In this document: piece by piece, positions 12,468 through 25,951 of the stretch
How positions within the stretch are numbered: the first letter of the stretch is position 1
Layout: each line of letters starts with the position of its first letter
Assembly (NCBI RefSeq): GCF_052425735.1
Contig: NC_135758.1
Coordinates: 47,678,001-47,742,000, forward strand
From: Oculina patagonica
Taxonomy: Eukaryota
DNA: 64,000 bases
Direction of reading: 5' to 3'
Notes under the pieces: generated by a model
Seen by the model: only the letters and a program-made list of their open reading frames with translations
Database searches by the model: none
Told to the model about the DNA's origin: nothing
Program-made: the position numbers and the translations under genes

Positions 12468-14222
12468 ATGAATACTGAAAGACCTGTTCAACAATATTTT
12501 AGCCCTTATACATTCAATGGAGGGTAAGTAAACGTTAAGTTTCAAGTTTTATTTGCAGTGTAACATTGTGATCCCCATGAGTCAGCATATGACTAAGTTG
12601 TCAAACAGAACCTTGTGCAGATCTTTCTATTCTATGATATTTTTTTTCCTGTTTAGAAATGTGGAATACTTTATATATGGAATGATAGACTGTGTATCAT
12701 CCCGAACAATGCTTTAAGAGAAATATATAATAAGTTATATATTAAATTAACTGTAATAAAACCTACATCATCACTACATGGTGAGAACTCCTGTTGAAGA
12801 TCAGACCAGACTATACTGCATTATCCTCCCTTCAGTGGCTCTCTCTATGATATCTCTGATGTGAAATGAAATTCTGTGATCATCAACACAGTATAAAGAC
12901 ATAGAAACTGTAGATATATATTTTTGTAAACTGTTGCTTTATGTTGCTGTTTTTGAGTAGACACAGAAATGACGGGCCGGGCATGGCAGAAGTGTAGCAA
13001 GTAACATTAGCAACAGACTTGTTGTTTGTTGCTTGTTGATTTAATTATTGAAATTATGCAAAGTTGCTGATGCTTAATTTATTAGGACTAAAAAATGCTA
13101 AGTGCTAATGCTTAATTCATTACTAGGTACATGTAATTATATTTCATTTTGTTTTCCTCTTTAGGACTGTACTAGCTATTGCAGGAGAGGATTTCTCTGT
13201 CATTGCTGCAGATACACGTTTAAGTCAGGGATTTGCCATTCACACTAGAGACAGCCCCAAGACTTATAAACTGTAAGTGAGACTTGCTTGTAAAGGTCAT
13301 CTCTGTTTTCTGTTGTGAAATTATGTTAATCAAAAATAAAAATTTTCCAGATTATGGTATTGCTATCGTGCCATACAAAAGTTACAGGGTTATTGTATCA
13401 ATTTCTTGTGTTATAGACATTAAAGCTCTGAGCATAATTGTTGAACTCCCAAGTGTTGTCAAAACAGGAATGCTTTTCTCTGGGGTTTCCCTGTCTTCCT
13501 CTGATGTGTTGTTGATTTGACTGAGGAGGCAGGCTATATAATATATGTGGAATTATACACTCGTGTTAGTACACTCCCAGATCTGTCTATTTGCTTTACA
13601 AAAACTTTCTTGTTTTGATGTCACAGCTTAACTGACCCCACTTTGCGTGGTTTGTAAACAACCAGTAGTGAAATTTCTCGACTTAGACAACTAAAACATG
13701 GTGAAGTCTACAACAAAATTTGATTTTCCTCAATGTTCACATCAGGATCCCACACAGATTCTATCAAGCAAATAAAAAAATCTGTTATGTACACTTTAAT
13801 TAATAGAAACAAAATCTAAGTTGAGTAAGAATGTGATTTCCATGGACACGCATTTTAAGTTTCAATTTTTGTTTGCCTTTAGAACCAATTCAACTGTTCT
13901 TGGATGTGCTGGTTTTCATGGGGATTGCCTTACTCTGACCAAACTTATCACAGCAAGGCTTCAGGTGTGCTGACTTAATTAACTTGTAAATTAGGATTGC
14001 TGTATTTATTATCCAGGTTCACAACATGTCTTGAAGTCAATCATAAGTGCTGTAGGCTTTTTTAGGTTTTATTTTGGCTTTCCCACACTGTTTTCTCTGT
14101 TATCTTTCATTGTTTGTCCATCACAAGTGAAGGAGATGTGCTTCATTGTACACCTCAGTTATTATGAATGGTCTGCTAACATTTCACAATACCTTCAATA
14201 TGTTTTTTTGAACAACACTCAG

Positions 14223-14253
<31 letters not shown>

Positions 14254-15486
14254 CATACATACATACATACTTTATTGCATAGCTCCCCCTTGGGGGCTCT
14301 TCCGCCATACAGAAATTAAAAAGATAAAAGATAAAAATATTTACAATAAAGAAGAAAAAAGAAAAAAAAAATCAGAAAAAAAGGGGTATAGTTGAAATAA
14401 AAAATTCGCAATTAAAATTATATACATTACAGTTAAAGGGGCATTTACAAATTTATAATATGTTTAAAAATTCTCTTTTTAAAAAGGTTCAGGTCATTTG
14501 TCTCTCTAATGTTCTTAGGCAAGTTATTAAAGAGCTTCGCTCCACGGTAGGCAAAAGATCTCTGCCCTGTCTTTAGTCTACACTTCGGCAGCTCAAGATC
14601 GTTTTTCTGCCTGGTGTTACGTGTGTGTGTTATTGAACGTCGCTGAAAACGAAGATAGCTTGGAGTGGCATTATTTAAACATTTCCTTACCATTACTAGG
14701 TCGTTTCATAATTATATGTTTCCAGAAATAGGAAATTAAGTTCAGGGTTTGATGGATTTTGTTTTGTGGGTGAAAGAAGGGTGTGGCCACTTGATGTGCT
14801 TATGTTCATCATAAATTACTTACTTTCTCAACTTCCAGGAAAAATAACTTGGTCAATATTTTTCCAATTAATTTGATTTTTTTTGCCACCAAAATTGCCT
14901 TGGAAAGATCTGCATTTTGAAAGCATAAAATTGTTCCTCCCCCCTATTTGTGACTTGATTGACCACCCCTTTAACTTTTGAAACTTTTTTCCTGATACGT
15001 ATGTGAGATGCAACATAACTGAAATTAACCACAACAGTAAGAGCTGCACAATAAGCTATAGTTTTAGGGTGTACCTACTATACAGGGAGATACACACATT
15101 TTTAAAACTTTTTCTTTTTCATTTTACAGCAAGGCGCCCAAAAGTGTGACCACCTTTAATTAATTCACATTCTTTCGTGCAACCACCATCCAGTCAGAAG
15201 CCAAGGACAAGTTCCAGTTGACTTCTGATTGGATTAGATCTGCACAGAAGAATGTGAATAAATTATCACACTTTTGGGCGCCTTGCTGTAAAGCAATTTC
15301 TTTTAAGGCCATAACTTTCTTATTAATTGTTGACATTTTTTATGAACTATTCTGATCATTACCATTCAAATGGTGTATCATACATGGTCAACCAGTTAAT
15401 ATTTATTGATTTAGGAAAAGAGACCAGTTGCGTCTGGGCTTAAAGGGTTAATAATAAAGCCTCTGCCTGCAGAAAACTATTGAGTA

Positions 15487-15524
<38 letters not shown>

Positions 15525-17253
15525 TGATGATGATGATGATAATGACGGTTTAATGATGATTCCACGAGGTGGCTCTAAACCCATTGTACATTTGTTTTAG
15601 ATGTATGAACATGAACATGGAAGTAAAATGAGGTATGGATATATACATGAATCATTATTTTTATGTTTAGAACTAGTCTAGGAACAATATTGTCTGTTAT
15701 TTATTTATCAGTCTTTGCAAATAATACTGGCTAGCATCAGGCCTCTATGTGCATTGCAGGCCTATAGTTCTAGCCAATAATTAGCTTATTATTTGGGCTA
15801 TATTAAAACTTTCTAACTTTATACTAACAGTTTTACCTATTTATACACTTTTATTTTTTAGCTCACCAGCCATTGCTCAGATGTTGTCAACTGTTTTGTA
15901 CTATCGGCGATTTTTCCCTTACTATACATACAATATCCTGGCTGGGTTGGACAATGAAGGTAATACATGCTGCTCACATGCAATGTTTATCGTAAATAGA
16001 CCTGCAATCCTCCATTTTGCTCTGACAAAAACAAAACCAAAAAAGCGACAAACAGACCTCAGACAGAACGACTTAATTTGACTAACAATAGTCAGATCGA
16101 AACTGTCTGGACAATTATTTTTGACTAACTTTACATGAGTCTTACAGCCAATAACATTGCAGCTTAACTGACCAATCAGCTTCAATGGATGAGACTTAAA
16201 AATCATTAAATGACAACAACTTTCAACTTGACTCTGAAGATGACTTCACCCAGGTTGTCAAATTTCAGCCGCCAACTACAGTTCTTTTGAGAGCCACTCT
16301 CATCCGGACTGTGACACTACACAAACTACTGATACTCCTGGGTTCAAACTATTTACTAAACAAGTTAATGATGATTGTTTGTTTGCTTCAGGTAAAGGAT
16401 GTGTGTATAGTTTTGACCCAGTGGGCTCTTATGAAAGAGAGACTTACAGAGCTGGTGGCTCAGCATCAGCACTTCTACAACCACTACTTGACAATCAGGT
16501 AAACAATGGGATGAACCAGTACCAAATAGTTATACATGTAGTAATGGGATGAATTGGGCCAGCGATGCATGCAATAAAACGATGAATTTCTCCTCTCAAT
16601 TGACCTTCCCTACCACTGTCAGTTTTAGTTAATAATGCTCAATTTTCTTGACCTTAGATGAAAACTTTTCCAATGCGAACAAAAGCGACAGAAGACTAAC
16701 AAAACCACAAAAGAATGCGAGAAAAAGTAAATGAAAAAAAGGACAAAAAAAGCCTGACAGTAATTGTCTATATTTCTCTTGTTCAAATTTTCCTTTTGTG
16801 CGCAAGCCCCAAACAAAATATTGACAAACTTGCCTCAGACTAAAAAGAAATGTTACTTTTTCTCTTTAAAAGATGTTTTGGACAGTTTGGCTGCAATCTT
16901 TCAAGAAAAAGGAAAGAAAAAGGCGTGTTTATTGTCCAATTGCCGTTTTGGAGGAAAATCCTATCAGAAACTTAAATCGGATGAAAATTAAACAAAAGAC
17001 AACACATGGTATTTGTTATTAGTTACTATTTTTTCTATTAATCTGGTTACCTTGTTTGATTTTGAAGATTGGATTTAAAAACCAACAAGGGGTAACAGAG
17101 GTGCCTTTGACTAAAGATAAAGCAGTTTTCCTGGTAAAAGATGTTTTTACAGCTGCTGCTGAGCGAGATATCTACACTGGAGATGCAGTCATTATTAGTG
17201 TTATCACAAAAGATGGCGTCACAGAAGAAGCTTTCCCGCTTAGAAGAGATTAA
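12468..17253 (+). CDS. PSMB1: Proteasome subunit beta type-1 (7 exons)
   Basis: Exons 12468-12523, 13165-13272, 13883-13964, 15601-15632, 15862-15959, 16392-16498, 17068-17253. Motifs [63 protein letters not shown] and C-terminal LRRD. Confidence 0.97.
14224..14705 (-). mobile_element. 5'-truncated CR1/L2-clade LINE 3' end with (TATG)n tail
   Basis: ORF 14445-14693 (PSYL...HTRNTR...[28 protein letters not shown]...L..FKK) is a typical ORF2 C-terminus. It is followed by a stem-loop, AATAAA and a (TATG)n microsatellite tail. Confidence 0.88.
15125..15290. mobile_element. MITE (TA-flanked)
   Basis: TACAGCAAGGCGCCCAAAAGTGTGA ... TCACACTTTTGGGCGCCTTGCTGTA. Confidence 0.85.
16090..16358 (+). mobile_element. 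Degenerate retrozyme/Penelope-derived repeat with eroded hammerhead core
   Basis: TGACT-CTGAAGA-TGACTTCACCCAGGTTGTC-AAATTTC-AGCCG (16229-16272) followed by ACTACTGATACTCCTGGGTTCAAAC. The GAAAC/GTC core is mutated. Confidence 0.6.
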
Positions 17254-18495
17254 AATGTAAAATGGACTTTGCAACTTTGTTAACAAACTTATTTTGAATG
17301 TCAATGTGTTACCAGAAGCATCCCAGATTTACTGCATTTTTTTCTTGTTTCGTGCCTTTTAAATGCGTCTTTATTTAATTATAACTGACATCAGCCGTTA
17401 CTGTGTTAAGGCGCACCACGCGGCTTGATCGCCAGGCGCTCGAGACTGCCTTTTCCTGGTAGGAACGAAGACAACATCAGAAAGCAGCAGACAATTGACT
17501 ACCTGTTACATCTTGGGTGCTTCTGTCGTCCTCAATGTATTGTTTGTAGACAATAAAAATACTCTTCTGAAGAACAACTGTTTGCCTGATTTCATTTCTG
17601 GGACATAGACTGTAGACCAACAAAATAGGTCTGTATGTTATGGGGTGAAAGTCTTTTCTTCAATCAAAACCATCTTTTCCATAAGCTGGAAAAAGTTTAT
17701 AGAAAACCTCCACTAACTTCATAGCTTCGTCCCGACTCCTCGTCTTTTCCTTGCCCGCTCGCTGTTTTCGCTCTTCCCACAAACCGAGAGCCTGGTACAG
17801 GCTACTAACGGCCTCCACTCTGTAACGTCCAGGATTTTGTATTGCAACTGTGGGCCGATCTTTACACTTAACTCTCACTGAAACCCCCATACAGCAGCCA
17901 GTAAATTCTGCGCCAGGGTTGCCACTTAATCGAGGTTCGACTGAAAGTAAATGGAAAGCCATGTAAAGGATTTACACCAACATTGCAGAAAAAGCTGACT
18001 AATGCTCAATCAAGTCCTCCTCTCCGTCTCACTTTAAACACTCCTCTCTAATGGAAGTTAAATTTTTTAATAGCCCCACACCAAGATGGTAATCATGAAC
18101 AAATTTGCGCATCAATAAAAGGTATTCATCCAGCAAATTTACTTATTGATAATGCAATTTTGTAAAATGTGTCCCAAATAGCACTAAAACATTAAAAAGC
18201 CACTTCGCTTCCTTTATATATAATTTGAAATAAGCCTCCCCTCTCTAACAATAAAAAATTGCGAAAAATGGCGAGCCGCTGGCATAGTTCTGAATTTTAG
18301 CCTTACTGGTCTGTTCCTATATCTTGCTCGCTACAGGTCCCTCTATCTTGAGAATTAGCTAAAACCACGGTTGATTAAGTGATTAAAAACGCAAAAGATC
18401 GTTTACAAGACTTGTACTCAAGTGGCTCAACACCGGAGTATTTTCAGTTCTTTATCGAGCAAGATGCAAAGGCTCTGAGAAACTCTACGCGGATA

Positions 18496-18563
18496 TAGCC
18501 TGCGTTACAGACGAACAAAACCCCGGTTATATCCGGGGTTTTGTTCGTCTGCAACGCAGGCTA
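18496..18563. mobile_element. 68-bp near-perfect palindromic TAGCCTG...CAGGCTA insertion
   Basis: Hairpin TAGCCTGCGTTACAGACGAACAAAACCCCGG/CCGGGGTTTTGTTCGTCTGCAACGCAGGCTA. Flanked by duplicated CGCGGATA. Confidence 0.85.
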
Positions 18564-19966
18564 CGCGGATATAGCCAAAAAATTTGGTTAGAGCGCATGC
18601 TCCACAGTCCCAAAAAGCAAGACCAATAACGGCGGCGCCAGATACAAGCAGTAACGTTCCTTTATCGTGTTTATTAGCTAAATATGGCAAAATTTAATTC
18701 CTGAAAAAAAGCGGAAAAAAAAATTCCAAATTTTTCTACACTTTTCAGAGTTTTGGCCCAGGGAAATTAGCATCTTATAGCCCATTTGTCCCAGAATAGC
18801 CTGCAGTCATGCGTGTGTTTTGGCTAACGAACGCTGAGTATTCTCTCGCGAAATGGGTGCAAATACTGCTCCCGGAGAGGCGGCTGTATTTGGTAAATGG
18901 GTGGCCGCGTTCTTAGATTTTGAAAGCTGAGGAAGATTGGGAGAAAGAAATTGCGACCAAGGATGTGGTCATCAGGCGGTGAATCTACTTGATCACGAGC
19001 TAATCATGGCCGGTAAATCACGCTCCTCAGAACACGCCTGCGATTCAGGCTAGCCCGAAAGGCGCTCTGTTGATTTGGTAGCCTGTTTTAGGGTCTCGGT
19101 CAGTGGAGCTATAGGGCGGGAAAGAGAGGAAACTGGGAGGGATAAAAATGGCGGAGGCAGAGACCGAGGGCCTGGAACAGGCCATTGATTGGACTGCTGT
19201 CAGTCTTGAGCATCAAACTGTATGGCGTTATGGCGGTAATCTTCCAAAATACATTACTAAGAAGAGATCTACTGTAGTGAGTTTGACTTTGAGTGAGACT
19301 CACCCAAAGCGGCCTCCAGGAACCTCCTAGCCTGTGTACAGCCACACAGCCCGAATTTTTGAGGGGAGGGGACGGCTGTACACAGGCTTGCAACCTCCCA
19401 GAAGAGGAAAAAACAGGAAAAGACAAAAGTCGAAAACTTTTATTCACTTTATGTACAACTTTTTCAATCAAATTTCAGATGCATAAAAACTTTTATAATA
19501 CACTAATAGAACGCTTTGGCTACCTGTGTGCATTTTTCCAGTAAAACATCACTAACTTCGTTGACAAAACGACATTTATTGCTTGAGTTAATTTAGGAGA
19601 ACACTCGAGTAGAACATTTTCTCAGCGCAAATCGTATTAAACTTGAGACATTTGTACCACATATTGCGATCAGCAGAACCAGAAACAAACTCGTTAGGAA
19701 ACGTTCGACTCAACATCTCGTTTAGAGTCAGTAAGTTTCTGTTTTAATCATTTTTTTAAATCCTGCCCTTGACGAAGAAATCCATCCAAAGCCAATTCCT
19801 TCGCAAGGAGGCTGTCCTTGACAAGAAGATATCGTCAAATGCCTTGTTTCTTTAGTTTGATAAATCCTCTTTCCGTGGACATAATTCTTTCTTTCATTAT
19901 ACTTACTTGAACAATTTCCAAATTCCTCGCGCTTATTCTTTTTCTAGTCACTTTACGACAATATCG

Positions 19967-22900
19967 TTAACCTACTGCGTTATCTATAGATTTCTTTTGT
20001 ATTTTTGGAGCAGGAACAAAGTTCAATCTTTGTCGCAGATCATGTATCGGTTCCTCAAAGTGTTTCTCAAAGTAAACATTCATAAAGAACTTGGATTGAT
20101 AGCCACAGTACACAGCCCAGGGGATGTAATATCTCCTCAGATGTGCACGCTCTCTGTAAATAAATACACAACAGGAAAACATATTAACAGCAGATAATTA
20201 GTTTTAACAAATTATTAAAGAAAGACAGAAAGACTGACATGACAAATAATAAGTACATGCATCTATTTTCCTATAACCAGCCAATAATCTGGCAAGTAAG
20301 GTGTCACAAAACAGGGACAAATCCAGGAAATTCTTGACAACTTAGGGAGAGAGAGAGTGGTATGCTACCCGGAAAAATCTGGATTCTCTGAGATGATACT
20401 TCCTGCATTCGGGGAGCATTCGTGATGACACATTTTAGGCTTTAACAGACAGATTTTAACATTCCCCAGATGAAAGTGGCGTGACTGCACCCTCTCAGAC
20501 TTCTCCATCAAAATTGGCCTGTGCCAAACTAGAGAAACTACAACTCAATATTTTGCAAAAGTTCATTAAAAATTAGTGAAACTTGCTTTAGCCAACCAGA
20601 AAAGGTCGCAGAACGAAGACCAATAACTGCTTGGCGGCTCAGCAAGCTATTTGCATTTGTTGTCAGTGATTGGCTAGATCTGACAACTATATAATACGTC
20701 ATATTGTTTTGAAACATTTGTGCTGAAAACGGCAGGCTCAAAAGAAATTGATAAACACTTGGATACCTTACCTTGACGTTAGTCTGACAGGTGCAACAAA
20801 CGAGCTCAATGCACACATTGGAAGTCCTGTCTGAATCATTTCATACCACTTGACGGCTATTTCATGAGGTACACTGATACAGAGATAAGGAAACTGTTAT
20901 TCACTAACAAGTCACTAGCCTGATGAAGGCTTATACATCCATAGACTTAAATATGCATTATTCTATTATGCTATCATTACATTGTAGCTCATTCAGATCA
21001 ACACTCTCCGAATTTTAACTTTTTTTATGGGAGGCATGGTGGCCTAATGGTTAGTGCACCGGACTCCTGATCGAGACGTCAAGTTCGTGCCCTGGCTGGG
21101 GTACTGTGTTGTATTCTTGGGCAAGACACTTTACTCTCATAGTGCCCCTCTCCACCCAGGTGTATAAATGGGTTCCGGCGATTATGTCAGGGGGGGGGAG
21201 GGGGTACCCTGTGATGGACTATCATCCCATTCAGGGGGGAGTAGAAATATTCCTAGCTACTTAATGCTATGGAAACCGGGATAAACTCCGGCAATGTGGG
21301 CGGTGCCCCCCCCCCCCCCTCTCCTTAAAGGATGATTTTAATGAAAAATGAGGTTTTGGATGAATTGAGATAACAATGTCAGCTTTTAGCAATGTTAGTT
21401 TTGAGCATGGGATTTTATTTTATCAAAGTTGAACTTAATATAAATTTTGGTTACTAAGAATCCCTCAGAAATGGAAAGAAGAAGCCATATTAATATAAAG
21501 GTAGTGAGCACTTGGCTTTAGGAGAGGTGAATACTTTGTACATTGATAAAAAGAACACAACTGTTGTGTCACGCTTCAGACCTGATTGAAAGGCCAGCAA
21601 GAGTGTGAACAAAGTCATGAACTTCTCTGTATCTTTGCATCACATATGCAAGATCCATGTCGTCAATAAACTTGACCTGAATAAGAGAACAAAGGTATAC
21701 AAAATAATGCTACCGGTATTTACTACTTTCAACAGATGGATTTAAACTAGCTGTCAATATGCTGAGGGTTTTTTCTCATGCAATTTAGCAACATTTGTGA
21801 TTGACTGGAGGCTGTTAAGTTTTTCTACTAATTGCTATATTCTGGTATTTCTGCCTTTTTTTCTTTTCTTACTATTATCTTTTTTATTGTACATCATGCT
21901 TATGAATTATTTGTTCTGTAATCTACCTCCTTAATAAAGTGTGTAAAATGTAAAATGCCTCTTTTCTGACCTTTAATATATTTACTTTAAATTAATAAAT
22001 GGTGGTCACCCAACTAGTTAAGCTTTTTAGTTATTTTGGGTAACCAGCAACTGTATGTATTTTTAATTTATTTATTGTTTAAGTAAAAAACTTGTAATTT
22101 TTTTGCAGTTCAAATAAACCTTGTTGTTTAAGCATTGTTGGCTGAAGGTTGGGGAAACAAGCAAGTGACAAAGACTAATTAAATAGACTTGGCTTAGACC
22201 AGAGGCAACACAAGAAAAGCTTCTAAGCTTTTTTTCTGTTGAAAGAATACCAAGAACACTAAAAAAAAATATGGAGTGTTAAGAGTGTGTCCATGAGAGA
22301 ACAGGGCAGAACCAGGCAACAGGTGATACAGCTCAAATCACTGATTTCGCCCAAACTTAGCATAAATGTTGGGTATGAGGAGCTATTCACTGTGGCAAAA
22401 CATCAGCTTAAAATATATTATATTCCCTTGGAGTTATGGCACCTTTTGCAAAAATGGCCATTTTTCACTAATTTATGCATATTTAATTAGCTGACTTTGA
22501 TTGACCAGTTCCACAAGAAAAAAAAGACTTCTGAAAATAAAATTCACTTCAACCGTCCGATTTGATCTCTTCTCCTCAAACGGTCTTTTAGAAGGTACAC
22601 ATTTCGTACTGCTGGAAATAGCCTTTAACTAGTGCCCAATATCTCCCATGAGCAACAACTTAATATATACGTTATTCTTACATGGGTAATGAAATCCATC
22701 ATTAAACTTCACAAAAATGCCACAAAATGTTTGGGGACTTCAATATTTTATTCGTACTGAGGAACTAACACTCGAAGATAAATTTCATATCTCCGCGCAA
22801 CCATGTATTATCCTCTATTTAACGCGTAGTTTGTTTTATCAACAGTTATCCTCAGGATAGCGATTTATACGGTGGATAGGGTTATTCATTTTATGAACAA

Positions 22901-23447
22901 CTGCGCCCAGGTTGCCTGGTCCTCTTATGGACACACTCTTAAAATGTAAACAAAGAACAATGTAAATTGCATCTCTTACCTCATCTCTACCATCAGGTGA
23001 AATTCGCTTTCAAAATAATAAAAAAAGAAATAAAAGATTATGGTTTGTTGGCGAGCTATATAAGAAGCTGAAAACACCTCCCCTTTGCAGTCAATAGAGA
23101 GCTGTAATGGATGGTGATTCATGACAGAGCTCTACCAGGTGCTGGGTGTTATTAAAACTCCTGCTCATATGTACACTTAAGGATACATTTCAGTGAAGGA
23201 AGTAATAAATCAAACACAAGAGACAGTGTTTCATCCAAACACTGAGAAGAGAGTTGAAACTATGCTGTGCAGTGCAGTAATTTATGACGAAAATTCGAGG
23301 TATTTGGATAGCCAATGAAATACTGTCTCAAGTGTTTGATATATCTTCTCAATCAAAACAAAAACTACGGAGAAATGGGAGAAATAAAATCGTAAATGCC
23401 TATAGATGTATTAAGACCAGGTATCAAAACCGTCTTCGCAGTTATGT

Positions 23448-23481
<34 letters not shown>

Positions 23482-25808
23482 GTTTGAGAAGAAGTAAATG
23501 AAAAGTAGGAAAGTCCAAGGGGGACGGGTCCTTTAGTATACATCAAGCACTCCCCTAACCCTTTTCGTACTACATCAACTTTAGGCGTAGCTTTACTTCA
23601 TTTACTTTTTCAACTTCAATTCTCTCCATTCCCAAGCAACTGATTGAAATGCATGTTAACTGAATTCCTGAAGCAATTTCTCATTAACAAGTATCCTAGC
23701 ACATGGTGGCACTTAAAAAGTTTGCTGGTAGATAAGCATTCAAAGAAACTTACATTACAGTCCAGCTGTCTGACATATTCTCGTCCAAACAATCCATCTG
23801 GGAATTGTCGGAGTTTATCAAGGTCAATTATAGATGAGTTTATGCGAGGACGCTCTCTAAAAGTAAGATGTGCGAAATAAGTCACCAATGAAATAAGTCA
23901 ATAAATGAAAAACTGAACAACAAATAAGACATCTGGTATACAGACTGTTCATATTTATATTTTTTTTTGCAAAAACTGTAAATTAGGGCCTACTGCAATA
24001 TTTCTTGTCCAACTGGATCTTGTATCATTCTTTGGTGCATGTTCTTAAGTGCAACAAGTCCTGTTGTTTCTCCAAGTGTTGCCACCATATCTGCAAAATT
24101 GACAGACATTAAATATTAATCTCAATATTTTTTCAGGCCTCCTCCTTCCTAGGGGAGGAGCGGAGACTGTAAAACAAAAGACACCACTACCTTTTTTAAA
24201 TAAAATAAATAAATAAAATGGGAATTTGCAGTGGCACTTCAACAGAGTGGCTCTTTGTCCACTGTTCCCGATTGAATTAGAATTTAGCAGTGTTGGTTTT
24301 AAGTCCTAGGCATTATACTTTCCCCCTTTGTTTGTCTGACAGTTTCTTCCAACCTTAAAAACCATAGATTGAATGATATCTAATTCAACAGTATATCCCT
24401 TACCAGCCCTTGTTGGATCATACAATGCCATAACAGCAGAGCCTGCTGTTAATAACACCTTCTGCATCATCGAAGTAGGGACATGGGATTCATAGAGTTG
24501 AAATGATCCATCTGAATGATTGTCCTCTTCATCCTCCTCTTGCCAAGCAGTACTGTCACTACTACCATCTTCAAATTTTAATCCTTGCAGAAAAATAAAA
24601 AAACAAACAAATCGTATTTAGAATTACTCAACACCATATATAAGCAGGCCTTAACACCATAGGCAGCCCCCAGGGGGACTCCCCTTTTGGCCTCTACAGG
24701 GACATGCCCCTGGATAGAACACTCAACAGGGTATGTAATTTCATGCAAGTCTGTTGGGGCCAAGGAAATTGTGAAGAGAGCGCATGTCCCCGCCCCTCTC
24801 CTTCCACTAATTAAAAATTCAAGTTTGTGGAGATTCTGGGAGCATTTGCAACCGAAAGTCAAGGCTCGGAAGAAAAAGGGGGGGCTGCACCCCTCTCGGC
24901 CCCCGTTTAAATCCGCCCCTGGGACTGTCCAAGACAGGGTATGGCTGCAAGACTGACGTTAAGAATTTAGCAATTCGAATTTGGAGACGTTTATCTGCAT
25001 TTATTTAGCGGGTCATCAGTCAACATTACATCATAATTTTTTCAGGACCAGATTTAAACGCAATTGCATTTGTTAAACAAAACAAAATAATCCCAAGCGA
25101 CACAGGATGTTCTTTGTCCTAAATAGGGCCTTAAAATAAAGGGTGTTGTCCTACACAGGGTAGGTATTTAAGGCTATTTTTGTCCTATTTTAAAGCTGAT
25201 TTCCAGTCCGTACTGCGCAGACTCGGGGTTTGTTTTCGTTTTTGTTTTGAATTCGTTGAAACGTTACACTTCGTTGACAGCATACATGAAGTTTTTTAGT
25301 CCGCCATTACAGTTCGCTTCGTTCAAGAATTTCCGATGAGCTGAAACGTCGGTTTGAAATAGCGTCAAGGTTCTTCTACTTGTTATTATTTGTTCTGCAA
25401 GGATATCTGGCGTTAATAATGAAGAAACAGGTAAGTTTGTCACGTAATTTTTAGTTTTGCTTTGTTTGTGAGGCTCACATAAACATTGCAGCCGAGATTG
25501 CGCAGTACGGACTGTAATTCATCTTTAAACCCCCAGCGGCACCCCTTTACCCAAACATGGGTCAAGTATTCCCCCGGGAGAGCAGCCGCCTGACGCGTAC
25601 GTGCAGTGCGAGTGCGCGCAAAATTCATCAAACCTAGGTGTTCTCTCTCTTGAAATTCGACCTATGAAAGCAGTCTAGATCTAGAACATTAAAATGTAAG
25701 CTACTGAAGCTTACCTGCTGATATGAAACGCTTTCCCTTAGAACGCCTGAGCCATGGATCAAGGAAAAGACTCAAGGCACGGCGATTTCTGACTCCGACT
25801 GCCGCCAT
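19967..25808 (-). CDS. COQ4: Ubiquinone biosynthesis protein COQ4 (8 exons)
   Basis: Exons 25715-25808, 24404-24583, 23994-24090, 23754-23856, 22980-23006 (27-nt microexon), 21582-21676, 20772-20873, 19967-20153. Contains [30 protein letters not shown]-x11-E (metal motif) and [13 protein letters not shown]. The Arg-rich N-terminus resembles a mitochondrial targeting peptide. Confidence 0.95.
21029..21300 (+). mobile_element. tRNA-derived SINE (SINE2) in COQ4 intron
   Basis: A-box GGTGGCCTAATGG and B-box-like AAGTTCG, followed by the body TGTGTTGTATTCTTGGGCAAGACACTTTACTCTCATAGTGCC..CCACCCAGGTGTATAAATGGGT. Confidence 0.85.
25204..25514. mobile_element. MITE in COQ4 intron 1
   Basis: TIR CAGTCCGTACTGCGCAGACTCGG ... 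CCGAGATTGCGCAGTACGGACTG. Confidence 0.75.
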
Positions 25809-25951
25809 TTTGGATTTTTCCTTATCCCAGACCTTCCTCGGCCTGAAACAGAGAAGGGTCTGGGGGGGGGATCTCTGGCGCCATTATTTACTAGGTACTT
25901 CATGTAATTCACAATTTAGTCTCCAAACAACGTGGAAAAATTTATCGAAAG
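25809..25951. promoter_or_regulatory. Bidirectional promoter COQ4/DHPS
   Basis: Divergent ATGs 143 bp apart. Each start is embedded in a YY1-like motif (GCCGCCATTTT, AAGATGGCCG). Confidence 0.75.

Noticed and set aside
18300-18705. Possible minus-strand exon interrupted by a MITE
   Set aside because: All frames contain stops after removing the insertion, and no product is recognisable.
21029-21100. tRNA-like A/B boxes
   Set aside because: This is the head of a SINE with a degenerate cloverleaf, not a tRNA gene.
25333-25352. CCGATGAG-CT-GAAACGTC hammerhead-like string
   Set aside because: Core CTGA is mutated and there is no stem II, so it is probably chance.
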